37,843 bases of DNA from a virus. Every line of letters begins with the position of its first letter. The first letter of the stretch is position 1. The position numbers and the translations under genes are program-made. The DNA lies in the UHGV virus genome UHGV-1372824. The stretch is one strand, 5' to 3'. This document shows, in pieces, positions 8,067-16,649 of this stretch. The notes below the pieces were generated by a model. It had not been told where the DNA came from. It saw only the letters and a program-made list of their open reading frames with translations, and did no database searches.

Positions 8067-8249
8067 ATGAGATACGCATTATATTTTGTCTGGAATGATG
8101 GCACTAAAGACAGCTTTAATGTAAACAGCGCAAGGGAAAGAGATTTAAACATAAAAGAGATGGTAGCACGACGAAAAGAGTTTAAAGAAATCAGCTATTG
8201 TAAAATTTACGCAAACGGTGAATATAGAGACAGGAAATATGTTTTATAA
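8067..8249 (+). CDS. hypothetical protein, first gene of rightward early operon
   Basis: GGGAG RBS; 60 aa. Confidence 0.4.
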   Translation: MRYALYFVWNDGTKDSFNVNSARERDLNIKEMVARRKEFKEISYCKIYANGEYRDRKYVL

Positions 8250-8307
8250 GGCGGCGGCTAAACCGCCCATACCTAATGCAGCCGAGGACGGTCACAAGCC
8301 CGTGTAA

Positions 8308-8574
8308 ATGCAGAGTGAGTATGGAAAAGGAGGTGTAAATGTGACAAACAGCGAGGAACTGAACAAGTTAATCAAGAAAAGCGGTCTCAAGCGGGGTCAT
8401 ATAGCCGAAGCTATTGGAATCTCATATTACAGCCTGAACAAGAAGATTAATAACGAATCTCCGTTCAAGGCAGGCGAGATTCAGATAATGTGCGAGCTGT
8501 TAGGTATTACCGACCTCGAAGAAAAGGAACGTATTTTTTTTGCGGAAGATGTTGAAAAATCTTCAACAAAATGA
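8308..8574 (+). CDS. Cro-like HTH regulator (likely true start GTG 8341 after AAGGAGG)
   Basis: HTH GLKRGHIAEAIGISYYSLNKKIN. Confidence 0.5.
   Translation: MQSEYGKGGVNVTNSEELNKLIKKSGLKRGHIAEAIGISYYSLNKKINNESPFKAGEIQIMCELLGITDLEEKERIFFAEDVEKSSTK
8551..8567. promoter_or_regulatory. third operator copy GTTGAA-N5-TTCAAC, about 570 bp downstream, inside the 3' end of the Cro-like gene
   Basis: 26-nt context GATGTTGAAAAA(A/T)CTTCAACAAA almost identical to O1. Confidence 0.45.
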
Positions 8575-8590
8575 TGGGAGAGGTGGAGAT

Positions 8591-8776
8591 ATGAAGATAA
8601 ACGAGGTGGCAGAAATGCTTGACACTACTCCGCTGACAATTCGGATAGGGCTTCAACAGGGAGTATTTCCATTCGGAGTAGCGTTCAAGAGGAGAGCAGA
8701 CAGCAAGAACTACACATACATAATTTATCCCGAGAAGCTTCGGGAGTATTGCAGAGGTAAGGAAGATGAAGCGTAA
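8591..8776 (+). CDS. excisionase/MerR-type HTH DNA-binding protein (Xis candidate)
   Basis: MKINEVAEMLDTTPLTIRIGLQQG resembles excisionase-family HTH; RBS GGAGAGGTGGAG. Confidence 0.45.
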   Translation: MKINEVAEMLDTTPLTIRIGLQQGVFPFGVAFKRRADSKNYTYIIYPEKLREYCRGKEDEA

Positions 8777-8885
8777 GTACAGAATCAGAGAGGGAAGCTT
8801 TTTAGACTGGTTTATTTCGATAACAGCACCGATTGCGGTGGTTCTGTTTATCGGACTTGGAACAGGAATAGTTGATTACATTTAG
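8766..8885 (+). CDS. small single-TM protein (39 aa)
   Basis: Overlapping start; hydrophobic segment ITAPIAVVLFIGLGTGIV; below ORF-track cut-off. Confidence 0.3.
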   Translation: MKRKYRIREGSFLDWFISITAPIAVVLFIGLGTGIVDYI

Positions 8886-8900
8886 AAAGGAGGTGTGAGC

Positions 8901-9080
8901 ATGGGGCTTTTACCAGAGAGAATCTACATTGCTGTTGAAGCAAACGAATATGAGGAGCTAATTGCCAACAGAACACGAATGGAAATCCTGCGTGATTATG
9001 TTGAAAGCGAAATCTATATGGATAAGAACACAATCAAGTGGATTATTGGTACAAACAGAAAGGAGAAAGACAATGGCTAA
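8901..9080 (+). CDS. hypothetical protein
   Basis: GGAGGTG RBS. Confidence 0.4.
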   Translation: MGLLPERIYIAVEANEYEELIANRTRMEILRDYVESEIYMDKNTIKWIIGTNRKEKDNG

Positions 9081-9546
9081 ACTATATGATTTAGTGCGGG
9101 AAATTGAAGATTTTGAGTTTGAAATTGACGAGGAAACAGGGGAAATCCTGAACGCAAAAGACCTTGACAAGCTGGAACTTGAAAAGAATGAAAAGATAGA
9201 ACAGCTTTGCCTTTGGATAAAGAACCTGAAATCAGATGCGGCGGCATACAAGGCAGAAAAGGACAGCTTTGCAAAGAAGCAGAAGGCTGCGGAAAACAAG
9301 GCTGAATCTATCAAGAATTACATTGCGTACATACTGGCAGGGGAAAAATTCAAGACTGATAGAGTCACAGTCAGCTACAGAAAATCAGAACAGGTTGAAT
9401 GCCTTGATATGTCACTGGTTGATGATGATTACCTGCGGTTCAAAGAGCCTGAACTTGACAAAGCGAAGATCAAGAAGGCGCTGAAGGACGGCATAAATGT
9501 GGGCGGATGTATGCTGGTTGAACGGCAGAACATGAACATCAAGTAA
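9073..9546 (+). CDS. Sipho_Gp157-family protein
   Basis: AAGGAGAAAG RBS and ATG at 9073; acidic coiled-coil protein of about 157 aa sitting directly upstream of an SSAP, as in Gp157-family members. Confidence 0.5.
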   Translation: MAKLYDLVREIEDFEFEIDEETGEILNAKDLDKLELEKNEKIEQLCLWIKNLKSDAAAYKAEKDSFAKKQKAAENKAESIKNYIAYILAGEKFKTDRVTVSYRKSEQVECLDMSLVDDDYLRFKEPELDKAKIKKALKDGINVGGCMLVERQNMNIK

Positions 9547-9572
9547 GAATTATAGAAAGAGAGATAAAAACG

Positions 9573-10223
9573 ATGGAAAAGAATCTTGAGTTATATAACA
9601 AGGTGCGACAGGTGCCGGAAAACGCACAGAAGACAATAAGGGGCGGCAGGCTCAAGGGAATGACGGACATTAACCCGATGTGGAGAATCAAGACTCTGAC
9701 AGATCTGTTCGGGCCCTGCGGCATCGGTTGGTATTACGAAGTAAAGGACAGATGGATTGAGTCGTCAATGAGTAATGAGGAAATCACAGCCAATGTGCTT
9801 ATAAGTCTGTACATAAAGAACGAGGGCGCATGGTCGGCACCTATTCAGGGCATCGGAGGCAGTAAGCTCGTTGCTAACGAAAAGCAGGGCTTATATGTCA
9901 ATGACGAGTGCTTCAAGATGGCTCTTACAGACGCCATTTCGGTAGCGTGCAAGGCTCTTGGCGTTGGTGCGGACATTTACTGGTCAAGCGACAACACAAA
10001 GTACATTGACACGAAAAAAGAGAACTTCGAGCAGGAAATGGAAGCCGAAAGAACAAAGCTGATTGACAAGGGCAAGCAGAAAGTACTCCTGCAGATGGCT
10101 GAAAGCTACGGCGTTTCCCTTGAGACAATATTGCAGAACTACGGCATTAAAAGCCTTGACGAAATGACCGCTGAAATGTACGGCAATGCTCTGAACAGGC
10201 TTAACGCAACGGGTAAAAAGTAA
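9573..10223 (+). CDS. Rad52/Sak-family single-strand annealing protein
   Basis: TLTDLFGPCGIGWYYEV and ALTDAISVACKALGVGADIYW match the Rad52 motifs IFGYNGWS and AVTDALKR..FGNALGNCLY. Confidence 0.65.
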   Translation: MEKNLELYNKVRQVPENAQKTIRGGRLKGMTDINPMWRIKTLTDLFGPCGIGWYYEVKDRWIESSMSNEEITANVLISLYIKNEGAWSAPIQGIGGSKLVANEKQGLYVNDECFKMALTDAISVACKALGVGADIYWSSDNTKYIDTKKENFEQEMEAERTKLIDKGKQKVLLQMAESYGVSLETILQNYGIKSLDEMTAEMYGNALNRLNATGKK

Positions 10224-10750
10224 TGGAGTGTACAGGTAAGTTGTGCGAAGTCAGTAAGGACTGGAGGAGCAGGCGGTTCAAGCTGACATTCGAAGTCGCA
10301 GAGGATGTCACAGGCTCAATAGATAAGCTGTCAGAGTGCGAGCGGTTGAGCATCAAGGTTAAAAAGTACAGAGAAAAGCGAAGCCTTGATGCAAACGCCT
10401 ACGCTTGGGTCCTTATGCAGAAGATAGCAGAGGCAACGCATCAGGAAAAATGGGATGTTTACCTTCAATGCCTGCAGCGGTACTCCAGAGCATTTACGCA
10501 CGTGATTGTCAAAGAAAATGCTGTTGAGAAGATGAAAGAGCTCTACAGAACCTGCGTTGACCTGGGAACCGTAACGGTGAACGGACAGACCGGGCATCAG
10601 CTACAAGTCTATTACGGCAGTAGCACCTTCGATAGCAAGGAGATGTCAGTGTTCATTGACGGTATTGTGTCGGAGTGCAAAGAGCTTGGCATTGAGACTA
10701 TGACACCACGAGACCTGGAGGTGATGAAAACAGCATGGCAAAACGGCTGA
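10223..10750 (+). CDS. NinB/Orf-family recombination mediator
   Basis: KLTFEV...EKRSLDANAYAWVLM parallels lambda NinB KLTFEI...RNRSLDQNRKLWACL. Confidence 0.5.
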   Translation: MECTGKLCEVSKDWRSRRFKLTFEVAEDVTGSIDKLSECERLSIKVKKYREKRSLDANAYAWVLMQKIAEATHQEKWDVYLQCLQRYSRAFTHVIVKENAVEKMKELYRTCVDLGTVTVNGQTGHQLQVYYGSSTFDSKEMSVFIDGIVSECKELGIETMTPRDLEVMKTAWQNG

Positions 10751-11028
10751 AATCAGTTTTCACGGAGGATATGGACACTTGCATATATACAGGAAGCCCG
10801 TATGTTGAGCGCCATCACATATACGGCGGCTTCAATAGAAAGAAATCTGAAAAGTATGGCTTTGTGGTTCCGCTCCGGTACGACCTGCATCCCAACGGAG
10901 CGAGAGCAGATGCACGGTTTGCAAAGGACATAGACGACCACTTGAAGCGGAAAGCACAGAAGTATTACGAGGAACACATAGGAACAAGGGACGATTTTAT
11001 CCGTGAATTCGGAAAGTCGTACCTATAA
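10735..11028 (+). CDS. small HNH-like endonuclease
   Basis: ERHHIYGGFNRK....LH fits the H-H..GG.N...H core. Confidence 0.4.
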   Translation: MAKRLKSVFTEDMDTCIYTGSPYVERHHIYGGFNRKKSEKYGFVVPLRYDLHPNGARADARFAKDIDDHLKRKAQKYYEEHIGTRDDFIREFGKSYL

Positions 11029-11037
11029 GGAGGAGTT

Positions 11038-11448
11038 ATGAATTTAGTTTTAATTAGTGGGAGATTGACAAAAGATCCAGAGGTTAGATACACAACAGGA
11101 ACGCAGATGGCTGTTGCAGTGTTCACACTGGCGATAGACCGGGGCAAGGATAAGAATGGCGAAGATATGGGAGCCGATTTCCCGAGGGTTACGGTTTTCG
11201 GTAAGCAGGCGGAAAACTGCGAGAGATACCTTGCTAAAGGTTGCCGTGTAGCAGTACAGGGCAAGATACAGACCGGCTTATATGAGGACAAGAACGGTCA
11301 GAAAGTCTTCACAACGGATGTTATTGCACAAAGGGTAGAGTTTATCGACTTCAAGGAAAAAACCCCGCAGAACGCAAATCAGGGCGTCTATGACGATACT
11401 CGGCAGGGGTTCTCAAGCCTATCAGAAGACGACATCCCATTCGCATAG
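11038..11448 (+). CDS. ssb: single-stranded DNA-binding protein
   Basis: OB-fold SSB motifs; acidic C-terminal tail ending DDIPF. Confidence 0.9.
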   Translation: MNLVLISGRLTKDPEVRYTTGTQMAVAVFTLAIDRGKDKNGEDMGADFPRVTVFGKQAENCERYLAKGCRVAVQGKIQTGLYEDKNGQKVFTTDVIAQRVEFIDFKEKTPQNANQGVYDDTRQGFSSLSEDDIPFA

Positions 11449-11457
11449 GAGGGAGCA

Positions 11458-11796
11458 ATGGTTAACTCGAGACAAAAGGGAGCCCGATTCGAACGGCTGC
11501 TTGCGTCAAGGCTTCGGGATTATGGGTACGATTGCCGGAGAGGACAGCAATACTGCGGAGCTAATGGCGATGCAGATGTTGTGGGTCTTCCCGGTATCCA
11601 CATCGAAGCAAAGGCCGTTGAACGGATGAGCCTGTATGACTGGATGGCGCAGGCGAAACACGATGCAAGGGACGGAGAACTTCCCGCAGTATTCCACAAG
11701 AAGAACAACGCCAAAATTCTTGTAACGATGGAGCTTGACGACTTCATGACCATATACCGGGAATATGAAGCCGGGAGAGGAGATAACGATGGATAA
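11458..11796 (+). CDS. Holliday junction resolvase (Hjc/RecU-like PD-(D/E)xK nuclease)
   Basis: RQKGARFERLLASRL..G....GDADVV.....IEAK pattern. Confidence 0.55.
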   Translation: MVNSRQKGARFERLLASRLRDYGYDCRRGQQYCGANGDADVVGLPGIHIEAKAVERMSLYDWMAQAKHDARDGELPAVFHKKNNAKILVTMELDDFMTIYREYEAGRGDNDG

Positions 11797-12103
11797 CTTG
11801 AAAAAATTGAGCGAGCTCGTTCACGACATCCTCGTGAAAAACGAAAAGGCTCGCAACAGCGACACATATCTTTATTACATAGTCTGCAACGAGAAGCTGA
11901 GGAGCAACGGACACGACATATCAAAGATTACTCTTGCCGATTCACTTCTTCACAGAGATGAGCTTGGACTTCCTCTGTTCGAAAGCGTGAGACGCACAAG
12001 GCAGAAAATACAGCACGATAATCAGGAGCTTGCCGGTTCGAAGGAAGTTGAAGCTTTCAGATCTAAAAACGAGAAGGAATACAGACAGTACGCAAGGAGC
12101 TGA
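11789..12103 (+). CDS. hypothetical protein
   Basis: ATG 11789 after GGAGAGGAG. Confidence 0.4.
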   Translation: MDNLKKLSELVHDILVKNEKARNSDTYLYYIVCNEKLRSNGHDISKITLADSLLHRDELGLPLFESVRRTRQKIQHDNQELAGSKEVEAFRSKNEKEYRQYARS

Positions 12104-12105
12104 CA

Positions 12106-12969
12106 ATGGCAGACAGGAGAATGTTTTCTAAAAGAATAATAAACAGTGCCCGGTTCTTAAAAATGCCGGTAAGCACACAGTGCCTGTACTTTCATCTTGG
12201 ACTACACGCAGATGATGACGGAATTGTTGAAGCCTATACAATCATTAACTCTGTTGGAGCGTCTGAGGACGACTTGAAAGTGTTAGTCGCAAAAGGGTTT
12301 GTCACAGTGCTTAATGATGACCTTGTTACATACATAACCGACTGGGCGGAAAACAACAAGATAAGGTCAGACAGAAAGGTTGACAGCATATATAGAGACC
12401 TACTGCTCCAGGTGTTACCCGATGTAAATATACAGCAGAAAACAATGAGGGCGGATGTCAGAAAGAAGCTGGACGTCCAATGGACGTCCAATGGACAACC
12501 AATGGACGGCGTAGGAAAGGATAGGATAGGAAAGGATAGGTTAGGAGAGGTTAGGGAAGGTAAGGACAGGTTAGGTGAGGAGAAAGCAATAGTATCTGTC
12601 GATACTATTTGCTCCAATGACTTGGAGCGTATATCCGAAGCCTGGAATTCACTTTCCGATGTTGGTATCACTCAGATTCGGGGAATCGTTGGGGGCACAA
12701 AGAGATATTCGCAAGTAAGAAAGCGTGTTAATGATTATGGAATTGATGCGGTATTAGTGGCCATACACAAAATCAGAGACAGCAAGTTCCTTCAGGGCAA
12801 AGCAACGGACTTCACGATTACCTTCGACTGGTTTATAAGGCCGAATAATTTCATAAAGGTGTATGAGGGAAATTACGACGATAAAATCAATCGCACCGGT
12901 AACAGGGGCGCCGATATGTTGGAGAAGTCGTACGAGATGATGAAGGAGTGGAGCGAGACAGATGGATAA
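12106..12969 (+). CDS. phage replisome organiser / DnaD-like replication initiator
   Basis: N-terminal MFSKRIINSARFLKMPVSTQCLYFHLGLHADDDG resembles Phage_rep_org_N; C-terminal FDWFIRPNNF is DnaD-like; iterons sit inside the gene. Confidence 0.65.
   Translation: MADRRMFSKRIINSARFLKMPVSTQCLYFHLGLHADDDGIVEAYTIINSVGASEDDLKVLVAKGFVTVLNDDLVTYITDWAENNKIRSDRKVDSIYRDLLLQVLPDVNIQQKTMRADVRKKLDVQWTSNGQPMDGVGKDRIGKDRLGEVREGKDRLGEEKAIVSVDTICSNDLERISEAWNSLSDVGITQIRGIVGGTKRYSQVRKRVNDYGIDAVLVAIHKIRDSKFLQGKATDFTITFDWFIRPNNFIKVYEGNYDDKINRTGNRGADMLEKSYEMMKEWSETDG
12471..12590. repeat. candidate origin of replication: iterons (T/A)CCAATGGAC x3 followed by AGGATAGG / GGTTAGG-type repeats
   Basis: GGACGTCCAATGGACGTCCAATGGACAACCAATGGAC then GGAAAGGATAGGATAGGAAAGGATAGGTTAGGAGAGGTTAGGGAAGGTAAGGACAGGTTAGGTGAGG. 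Confidence 0.6.
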
Positions 12970-13492
12970 GCGAGAGTTTGCGATTTTTGCGGCAGCGTTA
13001 AAAACCTATTACCCAAAAGAGACCCTTTTGCCGAATCCGCAGGCAATGGAGCTTTGGTACAGGCAACTCCATGACATTCCTTATCAGCTTGCAGAGATGG
13101 CTCTGAATAAGTGGGTCGCAACCAATAAATGGTCGCCGTCCATTGCGGAGATTAGGGAACAGGCATCGGCTATTAAGAACGGAGAAAAGCAGTTGTGGTC
13201 GGACGGTTGGGAAGAAGTGCTGAGGGCAATATCGAAGTACGGAATGTACAAAGAGACGGAAGCGCTGCAGTCAATGTCAGAGCTTACGAGAAAGGCGGTA
13301 AAGCGGCTCGGATTCAAGAGTATATGTATCTCTGAAAATATAATGGCGGACAGGGCAAATTTCAGAATGATATTTGAGCAACTGTCGGACAGAGAGAGCA
13401 CGGCACAGCAATTGCCGGCAGACTTGCAGAATCTGATTTCAGATTTCCGACTAAAACTTGCGGAGCCAAAAGAAAGGAGCGGAGATGGTTGA
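12962..13492 (+). CDS. hypothetical replication-module protein (no P-loop)
   Basis: Follows the replisome organiser with overlapping start. Confidence 0.4.
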   Translation: MDKREFAIFAAALKTYYPKETLLPNPQAMELWYRQLHDIPYQLAEMALNKWVATNKWSPSIAEIREQASAIKNGEKQLWSDGWEEVLRAISKYGMYKETEALQSMSELTRKAVKRLGFKSICISENIMADRANFRMIFEQLSDRESTAQQLPADLQNLISDFRLKLAEPKERSGDG

Positions 13493-13679
13493 GGTTTATG
13501 TAATAGGCACGGAGCCTGTGCCGTACTGGTGCAGGCGACTGATAACGCCGTACAGGAGGTTGGACGGCGGCACAGGTTACGAATTCCACGGCAAAAGAAC
13601 CGACTTTAATCTTCAAGCCGGCGATGAGCTTGAATGGAACGGCTACGAAATCCACGTGAGGAGTTATGCACATGATTGA
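13485..13679 (+). CDS. hypothetical protein
   Basis: ATG 13485 after AAAGGAGCGGAG. Confidence 0.35.
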   Translation: MVEVYVIGTEPVPYWCRRLITPYRRLDGGTGYEFHGKRTDFNLQAGDELEWNGYEIHVRSYAHD

Positions 13680-14157
13680 TGTCCAGAAATATCTATACAG
13701 ATTGCGAGACATAAACGAGCTGATTATGGGCGTTGCAGATGAGATAGAGCTGTGGAAGGTTATCGCAATGAAGACCACCGCCCAGGTTCAGACGGTCAAC
13801 ATCGGCGGAGAGCTTCACGCAGTTGAAAAGGTCCAATCTTCCGGGAGCGGTGATTCTATGGCGGAAGCTGTCTGCAAGTATGTGGATCTTGAAGCAGAAC
13901 TCGGCGCAGAAACGGCGGCACTCATAGAAGAGCGGCAGAGCATCATTGCCACAATAAAGAAGCTCCCGGCGAGAGAGTACCGGCTGATAAGGCTCATGTA
14001 TGTTGGTACTGTAGCTCGTAGTGGAGAAATCGTATATATGAGCTTGAAACAGGCGGCGGCAGATATGGGGATATCGAGACGGACGGCAACAGGAATACAC
14101 GGGAGCGCCCTTGACAGGCTCAGGAAGATTTTGAAGGAGGATAACAGTGGATATTAA
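13672..14157 (+). CDS. ArpU-family / sigma-70 region-4-like late transcriptional regulator
   Basis: C-terminal LPAREYRLIRLMYVG...MSLKQAAADMGISRRTATGIHGSALDRLRK resembles sigma region 4 / ArpU. Confidence 0.55.
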   Translation: MIDVQKYLYRLRDINELIMGVADEIELWKVIAMKTTAQVQTVNIGGELHAVEKVQSSGSGDSMAEAVCKYVDLEAELGAETAALIEERQSIIATIKKLPAREYRLIRLMYVGTVARSGEIVYMSLKQAAADMGISRRTATGIHGSALDRLRKILKEDNSGY

Positions 14158-14305
14158 GTTATTGCGTGCCGTAATTGAGGAGTTCGGCGCATACGAAGAA
14201 TATGTATCATTCCTGCACAAAAGCAGCGACTGCGATAAGTGCGAGTATTTCAGAGACTGCGAGAAGCAGTGCGGCAGGAACATATACGAGGAGGAAACGA
14301 AATGA
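14147..14305 (+). CDS. small Cys-rich protein (52 aa, GTG start after AAGGAGG)
   Basis: CDKCEYFRDCEKQC; ATGA overlap with next gene; not in the ORF track. Confidence 0.35.
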   Translation: MDIKLLRAVIEEFGAYEEYVSFLHKSSDCDKCEYFRDCEKQCGRNIYEEETK

Positions 14306-14475
14306 GAAAAGAAGACGCACCAACAAAAGCGGAACTGTGGGAACAGGTTATAAAGCTGACAGATATGTGCATTGACAAGGCTTGGCAGTACGGATACGAA
14401 GCAGGACAGAGAAGTGCGTTTGAAGCAACAGCCGGGATTATAGAACTTGATGACATTGAGGAGGACAAGGAATGA
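14302..14475 (+). CDS. hypothetical protein
   Basis: RBS GAGGAGGAAACGAA. Confidence 0.35.
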   Translation: MRKEDAPTKAELWEQVIKLTDMCIDKAWQYGYEAGQRSAFEATAGIIELDDIEEDKE

Positions 14476-14861
14476 AGAACTACGAGAAATATGCAGATGA
14501 GATAAAAAAATATAAAGGAGTTAACTTTTGCAAAGACTTTGTTAAGCCAAACATTCTGAAGTCAGAAGTTTGTGGTGGTCTGGCTTGTGGAGCATGCTAT
14601 ATGCTTCAGACGATATGGCTTATGGAAGATTACGAAGAACCCGAAACTGACTGGAGCAAGGTTGAAGTTGATACACCGATACTGGTGAGAGAGTCCGAAG
14701 ATGAAGAGTGGCTGAAAAGACACTTCGCTAAATATGAAAATGGAAAAGTATATGCGTGGCAGGCTGTATGCACAAGTTGGACTGCACTTGATGACGAAGA
14801 TGTGACAGATTGGAAATACGCAAAACTGGCAGAAAGTGAGGAAGGCGGTAAAAATGAATAA
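14472..14861 (+). CDS. hypothetical Cys-rich protein, paralogue A
   Basis: About 65% identical to the 16142..16570 product and shares identical DNA blocks with it. Confidence 0.5.
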   Translation: MKNYEKYADEIKKYKGVNFCKDFVKPNILKSEVCGGLACGACYMLQTIWLMEDYEEPETDWSKVEVDTPILVRESEDEEWLKRHFAKYENGKVYAWQAVCTSWTALDDEDVTDWKYAKLAESEEGGKNE

Positions 14862-15090
14862 TCATCAGAAAGTGACATCCGAGTGGATACCAGTAAGTGA
14901 GAGATTGCCCAAGAATATATCTACAGTTATTGTTCAGGTAAAAGAAATTATAAAGCCAACACTTGGATGGTATGGCTCTATCAATGGATGGAGATTGTTA
15001 GAAAAGGATTTTGTGGGCTTAACAGGATTTTCTGTTATTGCGTGGATGCCGTTACCAGAGCCATATAAGGAGCAGAACGATGATATTTGA
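14854..15090 (+). CDS. hypothetical protein
   Basis: ATG 14854 after GAGGAAGG. Confidence 0.4.
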   Translation: MNNHQKVTSEWIPVSERLPKNISTVIVQVKEIIKPTLGWYGSINGWRLLEKDFVGLTGFSVIAWMPLPEPYKEQNDDI

Positions 15091-15289
15091 TGTGGAACTG
15101 CACTGCGACAAATGGAAAGACTGCAAGACCAAATGGTGTAACGGCGATGGCGGCTTTTGGTGTAATGAGGACTGCAAGGCAGGAGTTAAGCTGCCGAAGA
15201 AAAAGAAAGTCGAAAAAGTGTTGAGTAACAGTGATGTTGTGTACATCCTGTATGCCGATGGAACTTGGAGGAAGATGCAGAAGAAATGA
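15080..15289 (+). CDS. hypothetical Cys-rich protein
   Basis: HCDKWKDCKTKWCNGDGGFWCNEDC. Confidence 0.4.
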   Translation: MIFDVELHCDKWKDCKTKWCNGDGGFWCNEDCKAGVKLPKKKKVEKVLSNSDVVYILYADGTWRKMQKK

Positions 15290-15543
15290 GATTGATAGAT
15301 GCTGATAAATTGCTTGAAGAATTAAGGCAGGATCGCCCACCAAGCATAAGCTACGACATACTAAGTGACACTGAATATTTCCCGACAGCCTATGATGTGG
15401 AGAATGTGGTGAAAATCCTCGAGGAAAAGGCAAGAAACTGCCAAAACAATGCTAAATACTACGGAGAAAAAGCAGAATGGATGAGTAAAGCTTATCGAGA
15501 TGCGATTGAAGTGGTAAAAGGAGGTAAAAGAGGTACAGAATGA
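15286..15543 (+). CDS. hypothetical protein
   Basis: Overlapping small-gene array. Confidence 0.4.
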   Translation: MRLIDADKLLEELRQDRPPSISYDILSDTEYFPTAYDVENVVKILEEKARNCQNNAKYYGEKAEWMSKAYRDAIEVVKGGKRGTE

Positions 15544-15752
15544 AAGACGGATTATATACAAGGCACGAAGTAGCCTGCATTATTGCTGATTTGTTCGGTG
15601 GCACTTGTGCCTGTGACTATAGCGGTAATGACGAGTGGCTGCCACAACACTGCGAGTTTGCTGACAATGTATGCCCTGATACAGTTGGTGTTGCTTGTTG
15701 GGAACAGTATTTGAAGCATATGGACAGAAAGCAGGTGAGCAGGAATGAGTAA
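15540..15752 (+). CDS. hypothetical Cys-rich protein
   Basis: ATGA overlap with upstream gene. Confidence 0.4.
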   Translation: MKDGLYTRHEVACIIADLFGGTCACDYSGNDEWLPQHCEFADNVCPDTVGVACWEQYLKHMDRKQVSRNE

Positions 15753-15963
15753 GCTAAAAAACCCGACATTGAGAAACAGAACAGAAGAACTGTGCGAACA
15801 CGCAAATAACTTTGAGGAAACATTCCAGATTGGTTACGAACTAAAAAACATAGGTAGACTGATTCAGGATATGTCAATTCATATCAGAGACTTACAGGAC
15901 AAGGTTAATAGTCAAGCTGAACACATTAAAGCGTTGTTAGATAAGGCAGGTGAGCAGGAATGA
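15745..15963 (+). CDS. hypothetical protein
   Basis: Overlap-coupled start. Confidence 0.4.
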   Translation: MSKLKNPTLRNRTEELCEHANNFEETFQIGYELKNIGRLIQDMSIHIRDLQDKVNSQAEHIKALLDKAGEQE

Positions 15964-16145
15964 AGTATAAACGCATAGAAGAGCAAGGCAGACTGATAGA
16001 AATTATCAGATGCGGTGAGTGTGAACATTTTGATACCACAGGCTGTTCTGAAGGTTGCGGATGGTGTGATATGTGGAACATTGGTAGATTTAGTGATGGT
16101 TATTGCGACAAAGCAAAGCTGGCAGAAAAGGAAGGTGCAAAATGA
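15960..16145 (+). CDS. hypothetical Cys-rich protein (CGECEHF...GCSEGCGWCD)
   Basis: Overlap-coupled start. Confidence 0.4.
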   Translation: MKYKRIEEQGRLIEIIRCGECEHFDTTGCSEGCGWCDMWNIGRFSDGYCDKAKLAEKEGAK

Positions 16146-16570
16146 AAAACTATGAAAAGTATGCAGAAATAATTAAAAATTTTGATGGCAGAGCATTTTG
16201 CTCAGAATTCGTAATACCAAATATATTAAAACCATTAGGCAAAAGATGCGTAGGCATGAACTGTCAAACGTGCAATGGTTTATTCACTTTATGGCTTATG
16301 GAAGAATATGAAGAACCAGAAGAACCCGAAGTTGACTGGAGCAAGGTTGAGGTTGATACACCGATACTGGTGAAGGATTTCGAAGATAAAGCGTGGTACA
16401 GAAGATACTTTGCCAGATATGAAAACGGAATTGTGTATGCGTGGAATTGTGGCTGCACAAGTTGGAGTGAAAATATTATGACAGATTGGAAATACGCAAA
16501 ACTGGCAGAAAGTGAGGAAGGCGGTAAATCAGATACGATAAATTCAGATGCAGTGAGTGTGGGTTTATAA
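16142..16570 (+). CDS. hypothetical Cys-rich protein, paralogue B
   Basis: Paralogue of 14472..14861. Confidence 0.5.
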   Translation: MKNYEKYAEIIKNFDGRAFCSEFVIPNILKPLGKRCVGMNCQTCNGLFTLWLMEEYEEPEEPEVDWSKVEVDTPILVKDFEDKAWYRRYFARYENGIVYAWNCGCTSWSENIMTDWKYAKLAESEEGGKSDTINSDAVSVGL

Positions 16571-16649
16571 AAGAGTTTGCAGATTGGCATGCCGCACAGT
16601 ATAAATATTGTCCACGGTGCGGACAGCGTTTGGACTGGGAGGGAATAGA

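Noticed and set aside
8962-9072. N-terminal extension of the Gp157-like ORF
   Set aside because: Overlaps the preceding gene, and the first ATG with a good RBS is at 9073
12234-12671. 145-aa minus ORF within the replisome-organiser gene
   Set aside because: Antisense artefact spanning the iteron repeats
14175-14375. 66-aa + ORF (MRSSAHTKNM...)
   Set aside because: Overlaps two better-supported small genes in other frames (14147..14305, 14302..14475) that have RBSs and ATGA coupling; Arg/Ser/Thr-rich junk-like translation
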